Origin: Setoptus koraiensis
Lineage: Eukaryota; Animalia; Arthropoda
Reading direction: 5' to 3'
Assembly (NCBI GenBank): GCA_048013815.1
Contig: CM106586.1
Location: 7,936,001 to 8,000,000, forward strand
Length of the DNA stretch: 64,000 nt
This document shows, in pieces, positions 11,692 to 22,460 of this stretch. The position numbers and the translations under genes were made by a program. The notes under the pieces were generated by a model, which saw nothing but the letters and a program-made list of their open reading frames with translations, did no database searches and was not told the DNA's origin. The stretch's first letter is position 1. Every line of letters starts with the position of its first letter.

Positions 11692-14214
11692 TCACATATC
11701 TGATCTCAATCTTGTGGAGTGCAACTCTTGAATCATCCTTAAATGTTTAGTCAACGCCTCTGAATCGGTTTGTGAGCTAGTCGACCTATCACTCTTTCTC
11801 ATCTCACTAGATTGTTGGGCCGCTCTTGCCGATGTGGCTCGACTCAGACTAGATTGAGATGAAGGAGGATAGGAGGTCTTAGAGAAGTTGGGCACGCATT
11901 TGAGACGACTTCGTAACTTTCTTAAAGCTTCCGATGGAGGTAGTATCATGAGCAAGCCATACAAAGTCTTCAATAAATAGTAGTTATTGTCACTATCTAA
12001 AAGTTGAACTCTTATGAATACAAAAATAGGCGATTCAATCAGTTGGATTAATTTATCGATCTCAATCAGAACCTCCAATGTAATGTCCATGTTAGAGATG
12101 ACCATTACAAGATCATTTGCATGTCGATAGTGACCCGTCAGCAGACACAGAGATAGGGCGGCGATAGGCGAATGACACCAAGCTTGATATAGGCTGAAAA
12201 ATAATGACGCCAATCCAGACTCTTGATCGGTCCTCGAAGCGGATCGTAATCGTTGTCTCAATTTGAACAATTCTTGAGTTGTCAACAATATCTCGTTTAG
12301 TTTCTGAACCATGGTATATGCGAATTTGAGATCTTTTCTCTCGTCCTTCAATATAGTGGCGAACGATCTATATATGCACTCGGGATCCAATATGCAGCAA
12401 AGATGAACTATGATAAAAGACCCTCTCTCGTTAAAAACAGTTTCCTCTTCCTTGAACCTGTCTACGAGGGCCAGCACGAATCTATTGAAATTGATTGCGT
12501 CGAAACGGTTACTGTTAGAAACATTGATATCACTAGGTAAAGGACTGGTCGAGGAGGTCGGAGGTTGCATAGTTTTGTCTGCACTTCTTTGCTGTATTCT
12601 GGAAAAAGTGGTTCTCTTCTTTTCAGCCTCTTCTTTCACTGGTTTCAGTTTGGCAGTTTCTGCTCCATCCTTCGATGCATCACTACCCTCTATTCTGCAA
12701 CTCAAACAGAAAATATCTATAATCACATTCAGAGTCGATTCGGCAACTTCGTCGCATTTATCTGAAAGAGTATCCAACAATACTTTGAATAACTTTGAGT
12801 CCAAATCTATACAGATCGTTTCCGGTCCGTTCGATTGTCTCAGTTGTCTAAACCATTCGAGTATAGCTAACTTGATGGTTGGGTGTTCATTTTGGTGTAA
12901 CTCTCTCGAAAGAACCTCGATCAATGACTCCAACTCTATTTTTGACGGAAAAGACTCTGTTAGGGGAGTGTTCTTCCTCGAGTTAATGATATTAGTCACT
13001 TTCTCTTGCAGCTGGATGTTCACTACGGTTGCAGTTTCGCAGATATTCGCAATCATTGTGTTACTTGGCTGATAATGAAATGACTGATCACGCGCCTGAC
13101 TCTGATTCTGACAGAGGATGCTATCTACCGGTAAATTAGTGTGGAAAGCTAAACACGGCAATATAGCTGTCAGAATGCCAGGTGCAAAATTGATGAGGTT
13201 TGCATCGCTTTCATCCATCAAACCAATAAATTCACGAAGCCACACTATAGCTGTATATCGAACAAGTTCCTCCTTGTCACTCTGCGAGTGAATGATCAAG
13301 ATGTTTATCATGGAAGGCAATTCAAGTTTACTATTTGGTCTTGTTACGATTTCGTTGAGAAACTCTGACAAAACTGACAGTGTTGAGGCCTTTATTTCTT
13401 CTGTGGCATCATGCAAGCAGGTGAACAGTCCATCTAAAAGTTGCGGCAAATGTATTATCAACTCGAAGTCTGGCACAGAATCTAGAAGTTTTATCCATGA
13501 TATGATGAACATCTTTGCGAAAGGATTCTTAGTGTAGATGCATTCCCTCAGTCTTTGTACGAACGATTCGACGTCAAAAGTTTGATCCTCTGAGACAATG
13601 TCCATCAACAGTCTGTCTAGTAATCTAGCTGCATTTCTCACATTACTATCGTGGTCTTCTATTATTTCTGCTAGGCCATCAAATATTTCATTGAATATTG
13701 GTTTGATACTAGATCTCGCCACTCTCACTACATTATACAACGACTCACAGGCATAGTATCTCACTCTGATGTCTGGATCTAGAACGCAGGTTAGAATGAA
13801 CCTAATGACATCAGTTAAAATATTCGTTTGAGTTTCTTGATTATTCGAATTAATATAAGGCGATTGATTCTGTCCACTAGTTTGTTTGTTACCAACAGGT
13901 GGTGTATTGAATGCTATTATGAGAGCAGCCAGTCCAATAAGTCCTCCTTTTCTGGCGTTTGGATTTGATGAGAGACAGAACTCTTTACTCAAAACATTTA
14001 CAAGCCGATTTATTTGAATGAAATTGTCATTCTGGCTGAAGTCCTTCACCATTTTTTCAATTTCAAAGGCCGCAACTTTTCTCTTGTCATATGATTTATC
14101 GGCCAGAGCTTTCACACATGCTGAACTCAACGGGGAATAAATGGATGATGTCTCTTCATTCATGACTGCCCTCGTTCCAGACAACAACCTTTGAACATCC
14201 TGGGGTGAATACAT
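11692..14214 (-). CDS. VAC14: VAC14 homologue, copy B
   Basis: Full-length intact ORF (ATG 14214 or 14163) with the same VAC14 motifs as copy A. Confidence 0.95.
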   Translation of the reverse strand: MYSPQDVQRLLSGTRAVMNEETSSIYSPLSSACVKALADKSYDKRKVAAFEIEKMVKDFSQNDNFIQINRLVNVLSKEFCLSSNPNARKGGLIGLAALIIAFNTPPVGNKQTSGQNQSPYINSNNQETQTNILTDVIRFILTCVLDPDIRVRYYACESLYNVVRVARSSIKPIFNEIFDGLAEIIEDHDSNVRNAARLLDRLLMDIVSEDQTFDVESFVQRLRECIYTKNPFAKMFIISWIKLLDSVPDFELIIHLPQLLDGLFTCLHDATEEIKASTLSVLSEFLNEIVTRPNSKLELPSMINILIIHSQSDKEELVRYTAIVWLREFIGLMDESDANLINFAPGILTAILPCLAFHTNLPVDSILCQNQSQARDQSFHYQPSNTMIANICETATVVNIQLQEKVTNIINSRKNTPLTESFPSKIELESLIEVLSRELHQNEHPTIKLAILEWFRQLRQSNGPETICIDLDSKLFKVLLDTLSDKCDEVAESTLNVIIDIFCLSCRIEGSDASKDGAETAKLKPVKEEAEKKRTTFSRIQQRSADKTMQPPTSSTSPLPSDINVSNSNRFDAINFNRFVLALVDRFKEEETVFNERGSFIIVHLCCILDPECIYRSFATILKDERKDLKFAYTMVQKLNEILLTTQELFKLRQRLRSASRTDQESGLASLFFSLYQAWCHSPIAALSLCLLTGHYRHANDLVMVISNMDITLEVLIEIDKLIQLIESPIFVFIRVQLLDSDNNYYLLKTLYGLLMILPPSEALRKLRSRLKCVPNFSKTSYPPSSQSSLSRATSARAAQQSSEMRKSDRSTSSQTDSEALTKHLRMIQELHSTRLRSDM

Positions 14215-15044
14215 TTTAGCGAATACAAGAATACAATGGATCCGGCTGGGTCAAGTCGATCTACGAGCACCATATTACGTGCATCAATTGTAGGGACCAA
14301 CATAGATACGAAACTGTATCTTCATGAGACATGAATGAAAATTTTCAAGACACTTATCACCTCGTCATTAGTTTATTGGAATATTATATAGAGTCAACTG
14401 ATGTTGCAAAGCAGACTTGTCCAGTTGCAACGATTCGGTCGGAAACACATGCGCTCCTTATCTCACTACAATTAATAACATAGCAATCAGCACAGTGAAA
14501 CATTTATCAAGACACTCTTGAATCACTAGTCCATTTTGAAGCATGCGAGGCGCCCCAAGCGACAATTAATTAAACTAATCAATGAGCGATCTAGATAGTG
14601 ACTTTCCAACTCTTTGTGAGCCTATCAGATTGTCGACCGTTACACACAGCTGTGAACTGTCACTTTTTATCGTATTTTCATTCTCTCGAGTGAAGGATCT
14701 TGAATCAACTTCGGGCACAAATAACCTTCACCGAACATATAAACTATTTATATCATCAGAAAAAGTTATCGATGAATACAACATACTTGCCTCGAATATT
14801 GAGAAACCTTCTCTCAGTTCTCAAGGCAAAAAACACTCAAGCAGCTTTTAGGATACTGAATTTAGATTTTATTAATTCAAGACATAGTGAGAATTCGGTT
14901 GATATGTTCATCAACCAGGAGAGGCATCAGTTAACATACAGTCAATCAAGTCGCATGAGATGAATGTAGTGATTGCAGTCAACGATTTTACAACTCTTTA
15001 CAGTCACCCTTGATGAGGTTAGAAAGTAGGAAAGCCTTCATTAT

Positions 15045-16694
15045 TTACATATGATCCAGTACAAGGTCTGTGGCTTGAACTCTACGCCTCTTCCCTTCTT
15101 TTTCCTCTCTTCTCATAGCGATCCTTTGGGATCGCCTTCTTGGGCTCGTGTTCTGTTCTTCTAGTTCATTGGAATCATGAGTCCATCTAACAATTGTATT
15201 ATCCCAAGAGGAAGAGACCAATTCTGGGTAGTACGGGTGCCAAGATACATCTCTTACACAGGCTTTGTGACCTGAAAGTTGACGCACCTGTTTTCCTGTC
15301 AAGAGATCGTATATAACGACTTTACCTGTGCTACAACCAGTATAAACAAATCGTTGCCCTGTCGTGAATCTTGGTGAAAATCTAGCTCTTATGAGTGTGT
15401 CCTTGATTTCGTGGCCCCACATAGTCATGATAGAGGAATCTCCTTCCAATCTGACACATTTGTAGCAGGTACTGCCACCTAGAGGAGTCGCCCTCGTTTT
15501 TCGATTGCTAGATGAATAAGGCTTCCTTAGATCCCACAGCTTGATACACTCATCTTTACCATTTGTAATTAAATGGTGGCCGTCATCTCGTGGATCTATG
15601 TATGTTATTCCTAATCTGTGCCCGATGAGAACACCCACGGGTTTGCCAATAGCTTCATTCAAGCATCGAATGTCCCATATCTTGCATCTTCCATCATCTG
15701 AGGCGCTGTAAATTATTTGTGAGCTGGAATCAGCGAATGCTACGCAGTTTATATCGTCATAGTGAGCCTCTTCGATTCTTATTGCTAAATGTTTTCGTTC
15801 CAAGTCATAAATGTAAAGACTATTGTCATTTGTGCCATACAGAACTTTGTCACCCTGGCTTGAAAATCTCAAAGAAAATATACAAAATCTCGAGTTTCTA
15901 TTTGATGTTACACAGAAAGCCTCTTGATCATCTCCATTCTCCATATTGCACATGTGAAAACTGTCGCACCAACTAGAATATATAAAACGTCTACTATCTG
16001 GTGATATGTCCGCATCAATGATGGCCCAAGCAACATCACGTGCCGTAACTCTATTTATCAGTGTAAAATCATCTCTTGTGTCATAGATTCGAATATATCT
16101 ACTATTGCTGTCATCACTTGAGTTTAAGAAACGAGTTCCATCTTTTGAATAGAATCCCAAAAAGACTTTACCGTCGAATTTGTCCAAACTCTTTTCTGTT
16201 GGACGATTTGGAACAAATCTAGATGCTATGCGACACAGGTCTCCTTGTGTAAATAGTGACATTGACTTTCTTCTATGACATTCACTGATGCCAATTTGTC
16301 TATTTTTGAGCAATTTTATCATGGATGGCGCCTTGCTCTTCCTCCGGTCTGAAGCTATGGCAAGGGAAAAGAGACCAGAATCGAGCATAACTTGCTGACG
16401 CAACAAACTACAATTAACCTTATCCTGACTTGATAGAGTTTGAATCCCTGCTAAGTGGTCAGGTAGTTCATTGTGATTCTTTTTGATTCTAACATGGGCA
16501 GATTCTCCTGGTCTAGACGAGAGATCGAGGAATTCCATAAAATTATAGACTGGATTATCTCGATTCTCCACTGATATCCCGTCATCATCTGAAGCGTTAT
16601 TTAACGTTTCATCTCTGGGTATGTGATTTCTGCGCGTGTGATTAGCAAGTGTATTTGCAGATCGTTCATTTCGTCTATTGGCTGATTCAGACAT
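15045..16694 (-). CDS. DCAF11: DDB1- and CUL4-associated factor 11 (WDR23)
   Basis: WD40 protein with ITYIDPRDDGHHLITNGKDECIKLWDLRK, TLIRARFSPRFTTGQRFVYTGC and ACVRDVSWHPY. Confidence 0.93.
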   Translation of the reverse strand: MSESANRRNERSANTLANHTRRNHIPRDETLNNASDDDGISVENRDNPVYNFMEFLDLSSRPGESAHVRIKKNHNELPDHLAGIQTLSSQDKVNCSLLRQQVMLDSGLFSLAIASDRRKSKAPSMIKLLKNRQIGISECHRRKSMSLFTQGDLCRIASRFVPNRPTEKSLDKFDGKVFLGFYSKDGTRFLNSSDDSNSRYIRIYDTRDDFTLINRVTARDVAWAIIDADISPDSRRFIYSSWCDSFHMCNMENGDDQEAFCVTSNRNSRFCIFSLRFSSQGDKVLYGTNDNSLYIYDLERKHLAIRIEEAHYDDINCVAFADSSSQIIYSASDDGRCKIWDIRCLNEAIGKPVGVLIGHRLGITYIDPRDDGHHLITNGKDECIKLWDLRKPYSSSNRKTRATPLGGSTCYKCVRLEGDSSIMTMWGHEIKDTLIRARFSPRFTTGQRFVYTGCSTGKVVIYDLLTGKQVRQLSGHKACVRDVSWHPYYPELVSSSWDNTIVRWTHDSNELEEQNTSPRRRSQRIAMRREEKEGKRRRVQATDLVLDHM

Positions 16695-17512
16695 TATGTT
16701 GGTAATGTTTACGATTATGGCTATTCCTTATAAAATACAATCGATATACCAACATAATAATTGATAAAATTGGGTAAATGTTTAAAATTGCGTCACGACT
16801 CTTTCCAAAAGTCAACTCGTATAGACGAACTACAAAGTGAACAAAACTAGAGTCTCACTCTATTGCAATAAGAAAGATTTACTTATTATTAATTTATGAA
16901 ACGATATTATAATGGTGCACATCTGTGTTCAAATGGATACAACTGTATAACTGTCCTTTGTTGTTGGATATTTCAACAACAAAGAACCACAAAGGGTCTT
17001 CGATACAGTCATCCAGCATATAAACAAGTACACACATGTTAGTTTTTGCCCCAGCACATTGCGCTAACCTCATCGCTAATATATGGGGGAAGAGACGGCC
17101 AAATCGGGTCACTAACAATGAATTGGGGGAAAATGTTAAATATTTGCTTGAATAGCTGAGGGAATATTCGCTAGGGCTATCCTCATTTTCAAGCACAGTT
17201 GATAGGCATTGCGAGCTTTAACGGCTTGCGTAGTTGTTGGTGTGTTCGTCATTTTAGTTCTGTTTAAAGGTGAATGCAAACTGGACAAAAGAAAGAGTTA
17301 CTGAGATGCTCTTTGTTTGGTGGCGCATTCAACTGCGCCATCAACGCCTCTAGTGGAACTTTCATCCACTAATTTTAATAACATTGGCACACGAGAAGCA
17401 TTCAATGCGGAATAAAAGAACGTCAACAATAACAAAGAACTACAGCAACACCTTTTCTGATATAAATACATCTACTTTTACAGTAGATAATTAAATATTT
17501 TTTATCATTAAA

Positions 17513-18248
17513 ATGTTTCTCATTGCCCAATGTATTGGATATGTGGCCTGTATAATATTAGGTCTCAGCTTTCTCATCCCTCTAGGACTAAATTTACATT
17601 CATTCAATGGCCGCTGTTTGTTATACTCAGGTGGAAACTACACCAACATCGGTGAATTCGAACCAGAATGGGCCAATCCAGTTTATTGCATATCAACCAT
17701 GACAATAGGTGTGATATCTGTCACTGTTGCTATTGTACAATTGATAAGGTCACTAATGATGCTAGTGGCAAGGACAGAAAGGTAAGTCAATCGAAAAGAG
17801 TGCAATCATGATGACCATGTCTATCCTATCAACTTTTTGAAATTAAACAAACCCACAATCTCAACTCGCCGTTTACGATCCCAGTTCATTTAAATCCGCT
17901 TTTGTAGAAACAGTTATGTCTATCATTATAACTTTGACAATACTAACGAATGCCATTCTAGTCTCAGCCGGATTCGCTTATTGGTGTTCCAAAGTAGAAA
18001 TCAGATGGAGTAGCTGTGAGAGAGCAGCTACCCTGATAAAAATCATCAACGATAACCCAATCGACCCATCAGGATTCTTTTTGGAAATGGAAACGGTGCA
18101 TTTCAGCATCTGGTCGGCCTTCGCTAGTTGGATTTTCATACTGACAATTTCCGGTAGTAAATTATTCATTCACCACGAAAGCGCCAACTTGATGGTCAGT
18201 ATGGCCAGAGACAGGAGAAGGTACGACTTGCAAACAGATCTCGAGTGA
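17513..18248 (+). CDS. TMEM179: TMEM179-family protein, copy B (210 aa)
   Basis: join(17513..17781,17885..18248); intron at the same codon and phase as copy A; colinear protein. Confidence 0.85.
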
Positions 18249-18463
18249 GAATACCAGGAGGCCGCCCTATTTTCAGTTAGACCAAATTACAATGGATTCA
18301 ATTTGAAACTTACTCCAGTTCGCAATCATATATACTGGAAGGTTTGTTTTCTTATTAAAGTTCTTAGATCACCCAAAAACATTAGGATTATATTGATGAC
18401 CAATGCTTGTAGCATTATGTTGCGAACTAATCTTGGTTTTCAGGTATTTATACAACAGAGATA

Positions 18464-19654
18464 TCACACTCGACATGTGGCAGCCCAATCTTGAGTTTGG
18501 AGACTTTGCACCAAGCTCGCAAAATGTTCGATGTAGCAAGGTTCCTCTTTTGGCTGACCACAGTCCATTGGCAACTCATGGGCTTCAACTGATAGATTAT
18601 TTAGTCGATAAAGTTTCACATAGTCAGTTCCATTGATTTCGTTTTGATGCAATTCAAAGAACAACGTTGAGCCGTAATTAGGCAATTTACAATCCCACAC
18701 ATCGAGTGTTCTCATCAGATTAATGAGCTCAGTGTCATGAGTACTATACTCAAAGAATTTCTTTTCGTGCTCAATATCTTCACCGTCTATATAGTGTGAA
18801 TTAGTCAGTTTCGAGTAGATTTCTTGCAGTATCGGACCGGATTGTAGCTTCTTCAACAATTCGCTCGAAGTAAACAGCGAGGTTACTTTTACTGCAGCCT
18901 GCTCTAATAATAAGCGGTTGCTAGCGTTGTACCAACTCGGTAACGACTTCCCGGATTCATTATAACAAGTGAGGTCACCATAAAGCCAAAAAATTTGCTC
19001 AAAAGCTTTCGGCTCAATTCCTAGATCTCGTTTCACAAGCTCTAAAAGAGAATCGAGTGAGTTATAGATTTCTCTGACCTCAACAGTATCTTCCAGCTCA
19101 GCAAGTTCTCTCTTAATTCTAGGACAAGCCGCCTTGGTCTCCAGTAGGGCGTCAATATCTTCGGGCACTGTGTGAATGGGAATAGGTTGCCAACTGAGTC
19201 TAGGATTCCATCTTGATGTTGAGTTGATGGCAGGTCTATATAATGCGCTTAATACAAGTTGCGCACTAGCAATACATCTGTCCATGTCGGCTGCTCTAGC
19301 GTAAACTTCATCAATTTTGTCAGTAAGAAAATCCGCATATCTCTTTCTGATGTGTAGGCCAAGATAATACATCCTCAATTTGCCAGCTTTTGTCAATTGT
19401 CCTAAACCATCTGGCCACTCGCTGGGATCTTTGTGGGGATCCTTGGGTCCTAATGAAATGGGGTTACGGTCGCCGTGTCGATGTATAATGACGACTGATT
19501 TGAGAGTTGACGATGATGAATTCACTTCTGTCACTGAGCAAACAAATGTTAGAAGAGACAAATAAGTGAAAGTTGCCACCGAACAAACAAATGTTAAAAT
19601 GTATAAATAAGTGAAAGCTCGAACGGCACTTGTTGACACCATATTTCTGGCCAT
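18464..19654 (-). CDS. Histidine acid phosphatase (lysosomal/prostatic ACP-like)
   Basis: Catalytic RHGDRNP and HD motifs, plus GQLT and WQPIPIHTVP. First ATG 19654 (the track start is TTG). N-terminal hydrophobic segment. Confidence 0.92.
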   Translation of the reverse strand: MARNMVSTSAVRAFTYLYILTFVCSVATFTYLSLLTFVCSVTEVNSSSSTLKSVVIIHRHGDRNPISLGPKDPHKDPSEWPDGLGQLTKAGKLRMYYLGLHIRKRYADFLTDKIDEVYARAADMDRCIASAQLVLSALYRPAINSTSRWNPRLSWQPIPIHTVPEDIDALLETKAACPRIKRELAELEDTVEVREIYNSLDSLLELVKRDLGIEPKAFEQIFWLYGDLTCYNESGKSLPSWYNASNRLLLEQAAVKVTSLFTSSELLKKLQSGPILQEIYSKLTNSHYIDGEDIEHEKKFFEYSTHDTELINLMRTLDVWDCKLPNYGSTLFFELHQNEINGTDYVKLYRLNNLSVEAHELPMDCGQPKEEPCYIEHFASLVQSLQTQDWAATCRV

Positions 19655-22387
19655 AACTGAAAGACTCAATAATAAAATAGTGATTTTGTAATTGTAAGAT
19701 TTTTAATTTGATGTGTAGGATGATGTAGATATAAAATAGGTGAATTCATATCACAACTTGACTCTAGCCATGATATTCATCGACTGGTGCCTATATGTCA
19801 CCTCATTTTTTCCCATAGAGGCGTTACGCTCACCGTGAACACAGGTGACAAGGAGCGCCGCCCTTGCGGTTATTTTTTGATTTAATTTTGGTGTATTGTT
19901 ACAAACGATTTGCAATAGTGAAGTCGACGCGACTTGGGTCGACATTCACTTGTTGTCACATTGTTTCATTTGGAGAGCTTGTGTCAGTTGAGCTTGTGAA
20001 CATGGCTAGACACAGAGATTAAGCTACCATTGATCAATCCGACGTCACTATTGATCAATTCTGTAATTTAACAGGCGATCTCGATGCGATCAAGAGATTT
20101 GCCAGTCAGCAGAAAAAGCAGTTGTCATGTTGCGATAGTTAAATCATATATTTATGGGCTGTATTTTATCGTCACAGAGTAGTTGCCCCTTGTAGTATGC
20201 GTTACTTTTACAAAGTGGCATCTATCCGCTAGCTGCTATCTAACATTCTGGCGACCAGTCGGACACATCCCATATATCATGTGTGCTCTGTTGTGTGAGC
20301 CGGCCCAAATAGGCCCAGTAAATCCATTGCCGGCGCTTAGTTTAATTGCAGAGTGCATGCCAAGAACGTGGTGAAGTCACGTCTCTCGCCTGCCTTGGAA
20401 ATGGCGTCTAGCAAGTAAACTGTCGACATTACAAGTTAACACGCGATCAATTTTCTTGACAAACTCACTCATTTGTAGTTGGCGTTTGTGGAGCTACTTC
20501 AACGAGCAGTCAATCTCATCGGATGAACGAAATCGCTTGATGCATCGCTGCCGGCCCCAAATTGAGCCGAAACGCCTATCGCTGACAAGAGATTGGCCCC
20601 GAAAAGAGAGAAAAATTCAAAAACACTCAGCAGTCACAAGTGTCAGCCACGCAGCCAAGCAATCGGATAATGTACCATTGGCCTGATCTGCAGCAATTGA
20701 TGAAACAATCACTCGCGAACGCGCTCAAACTGCTCAACAGAACAAACGCTAGCTGTTAAGGGCGCGGGGGAGGGCCCCTTAGCATTCAACCACCGGGGAT
20801 GCCAGTCTCTAGCAGTCAGACTCTAGCAGCCAGACTCTAACAGCCAGAGTCTGTTATGCTGCCACGGAGAGTGTATCGGCCCCAAGACACCCACTCGAGC
20901 CAAAAGCGATTGTTATTATTGTCCAGCCAGTCTAATGAGAGCTAGTTGTTGATGGTGCTAATCTGACGGTTCACTGAGACAACTGCCATTATCAGATTAG
21001 CTGTACAGGCCATCATTTGGCGTGTTTGTGTGCTGGTTGTAGGACACTAATCAGTGCGGGCGATTTAATTGATTTGTTCAATCTTGTTGCCTGTGTGTCT
21101 ATGATAATATTTATTATACATTGCAGTAGGGAGTGGCATGTTTAGTTTGTAGTTGTTGTCGTTGTTGATGGTGTTTGTCGTAGCTGCTTAACTGTACTCT
21201 GTGTAGTGCAGTGCTAGCCTGACAATGGCCCCAAGTCGATATAATGAAATAGATTGCAAGTTTTTATATTATTTCGTTATTAGTTTATTGCATGGCACGA
21301 GGGTTGTGTCGTTAGACAGCCAATTGGACCAGTCCGGCAAACTGGTCTTTCAATTATCTATTAGTGTCTGGTGCCGGACCAGTCAACTATAAACAACGGC
21401 CGAGAGACAATAGAATAGCGGTGCAAGCCGCCCAGCGAGTGGAGCCCTGGGCGCAGTTAGCGCTAGTTAGGCCAACTAGCGCTAAGCTAAACGCAAAAGA
21501 CAGCTAGATGTGACCAGACTTGACCGTGCCAAATGTATTACCAGTAATTTCTTGTATGGCTCTATCGGCCCAATAATTGGCCGTGTTGTGTTGTATTGGT
21601 GTGGCCGGCATTTAGTCAATTGGTCAGTTAAAAATAGAACCATAGGCTGGCTGTTGGAGTCGCAACACTGTGGCAGCTTTGCAACAACCGGCTGTGAAAT
21701 TAGTTGATAACAGTTGTAGCGCAGTTAAATGGATACTGCAAACTGTACTGGCCAGTGTGAGGACCAAAAGCGACGACCCATGATTAGATTAGCCGAGCGA
21801 CAGCAGCAGCAGCACCGCCACCAGCCAGAGAAGCGACCCAAAGAAGAGAAATATCATGATGATGACATTACGTAACCAGACACAGGAGCCTGGTTATTGT
21901 TGTTGGCTGTGTCTGAGCACCCGAGACATAGGGCGCGAACGGGGCCCAGTTGCCAGCACAAAGGACAAAGTTGACATGTTATGAGACCGGACACTCGCAT
22001 TGAGGCGCTCGCCAGTGGGGCCCACTGGCCGGGGCTTGGCCAGTGGGCTTGATGATGCAAGCGTGTATTAGAGTGTGTGCTTCTGCGCACTGAACACACC
22101 GGGCCCGTGTAGTGGCATGGCTTTCGGTGGTGCCAACCACCAAAAGTCTAGACGAAAAGTATAAAAGGATGGCAACTGTTTGCAAACTATTTAGATGTTG
22201 TTTCTTAAACTTGAACGCGGGATCCAAGCAACATTCTCGTCGCGTTGTTTGCTCATTGTGTCACTGGCACCCTGCGCCTGCAATGAATGCCGTCCGCCAA
22301 GCGGCAAACAATAATAGTAATTTTTCGCTCGTTTTTTTCCATCATCTTATCTCTACTGCTTGTGTGTGTGTCTAATAAAAGGGGCCA

Positions 22388-22460
22388 CTTGATATATATA
22401 TACTTGATATATATATACTTGATATATATATACTTGATATATATATATACACTTGATATG
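22388..22460. repeat. 15-bp tandem repeat (cttgatatatatata)x4+
   Basis: Direct reading of the sequence. Confidence 0.85.

Noticed and set aside
8545-13537. 220-aa, 81-aa and 66-aa + strand ORFs that appear twice
   Set aside because: Antisense shadows of the two VAC14 genes; duplicated only because VAC14 is.
14582-14963. Two overlapping short + strand ORFs between VAC14b and DCAF11
   Set aside because: No recognisable domain; probably DCAF11 3' UTR or VAC14b promoter.
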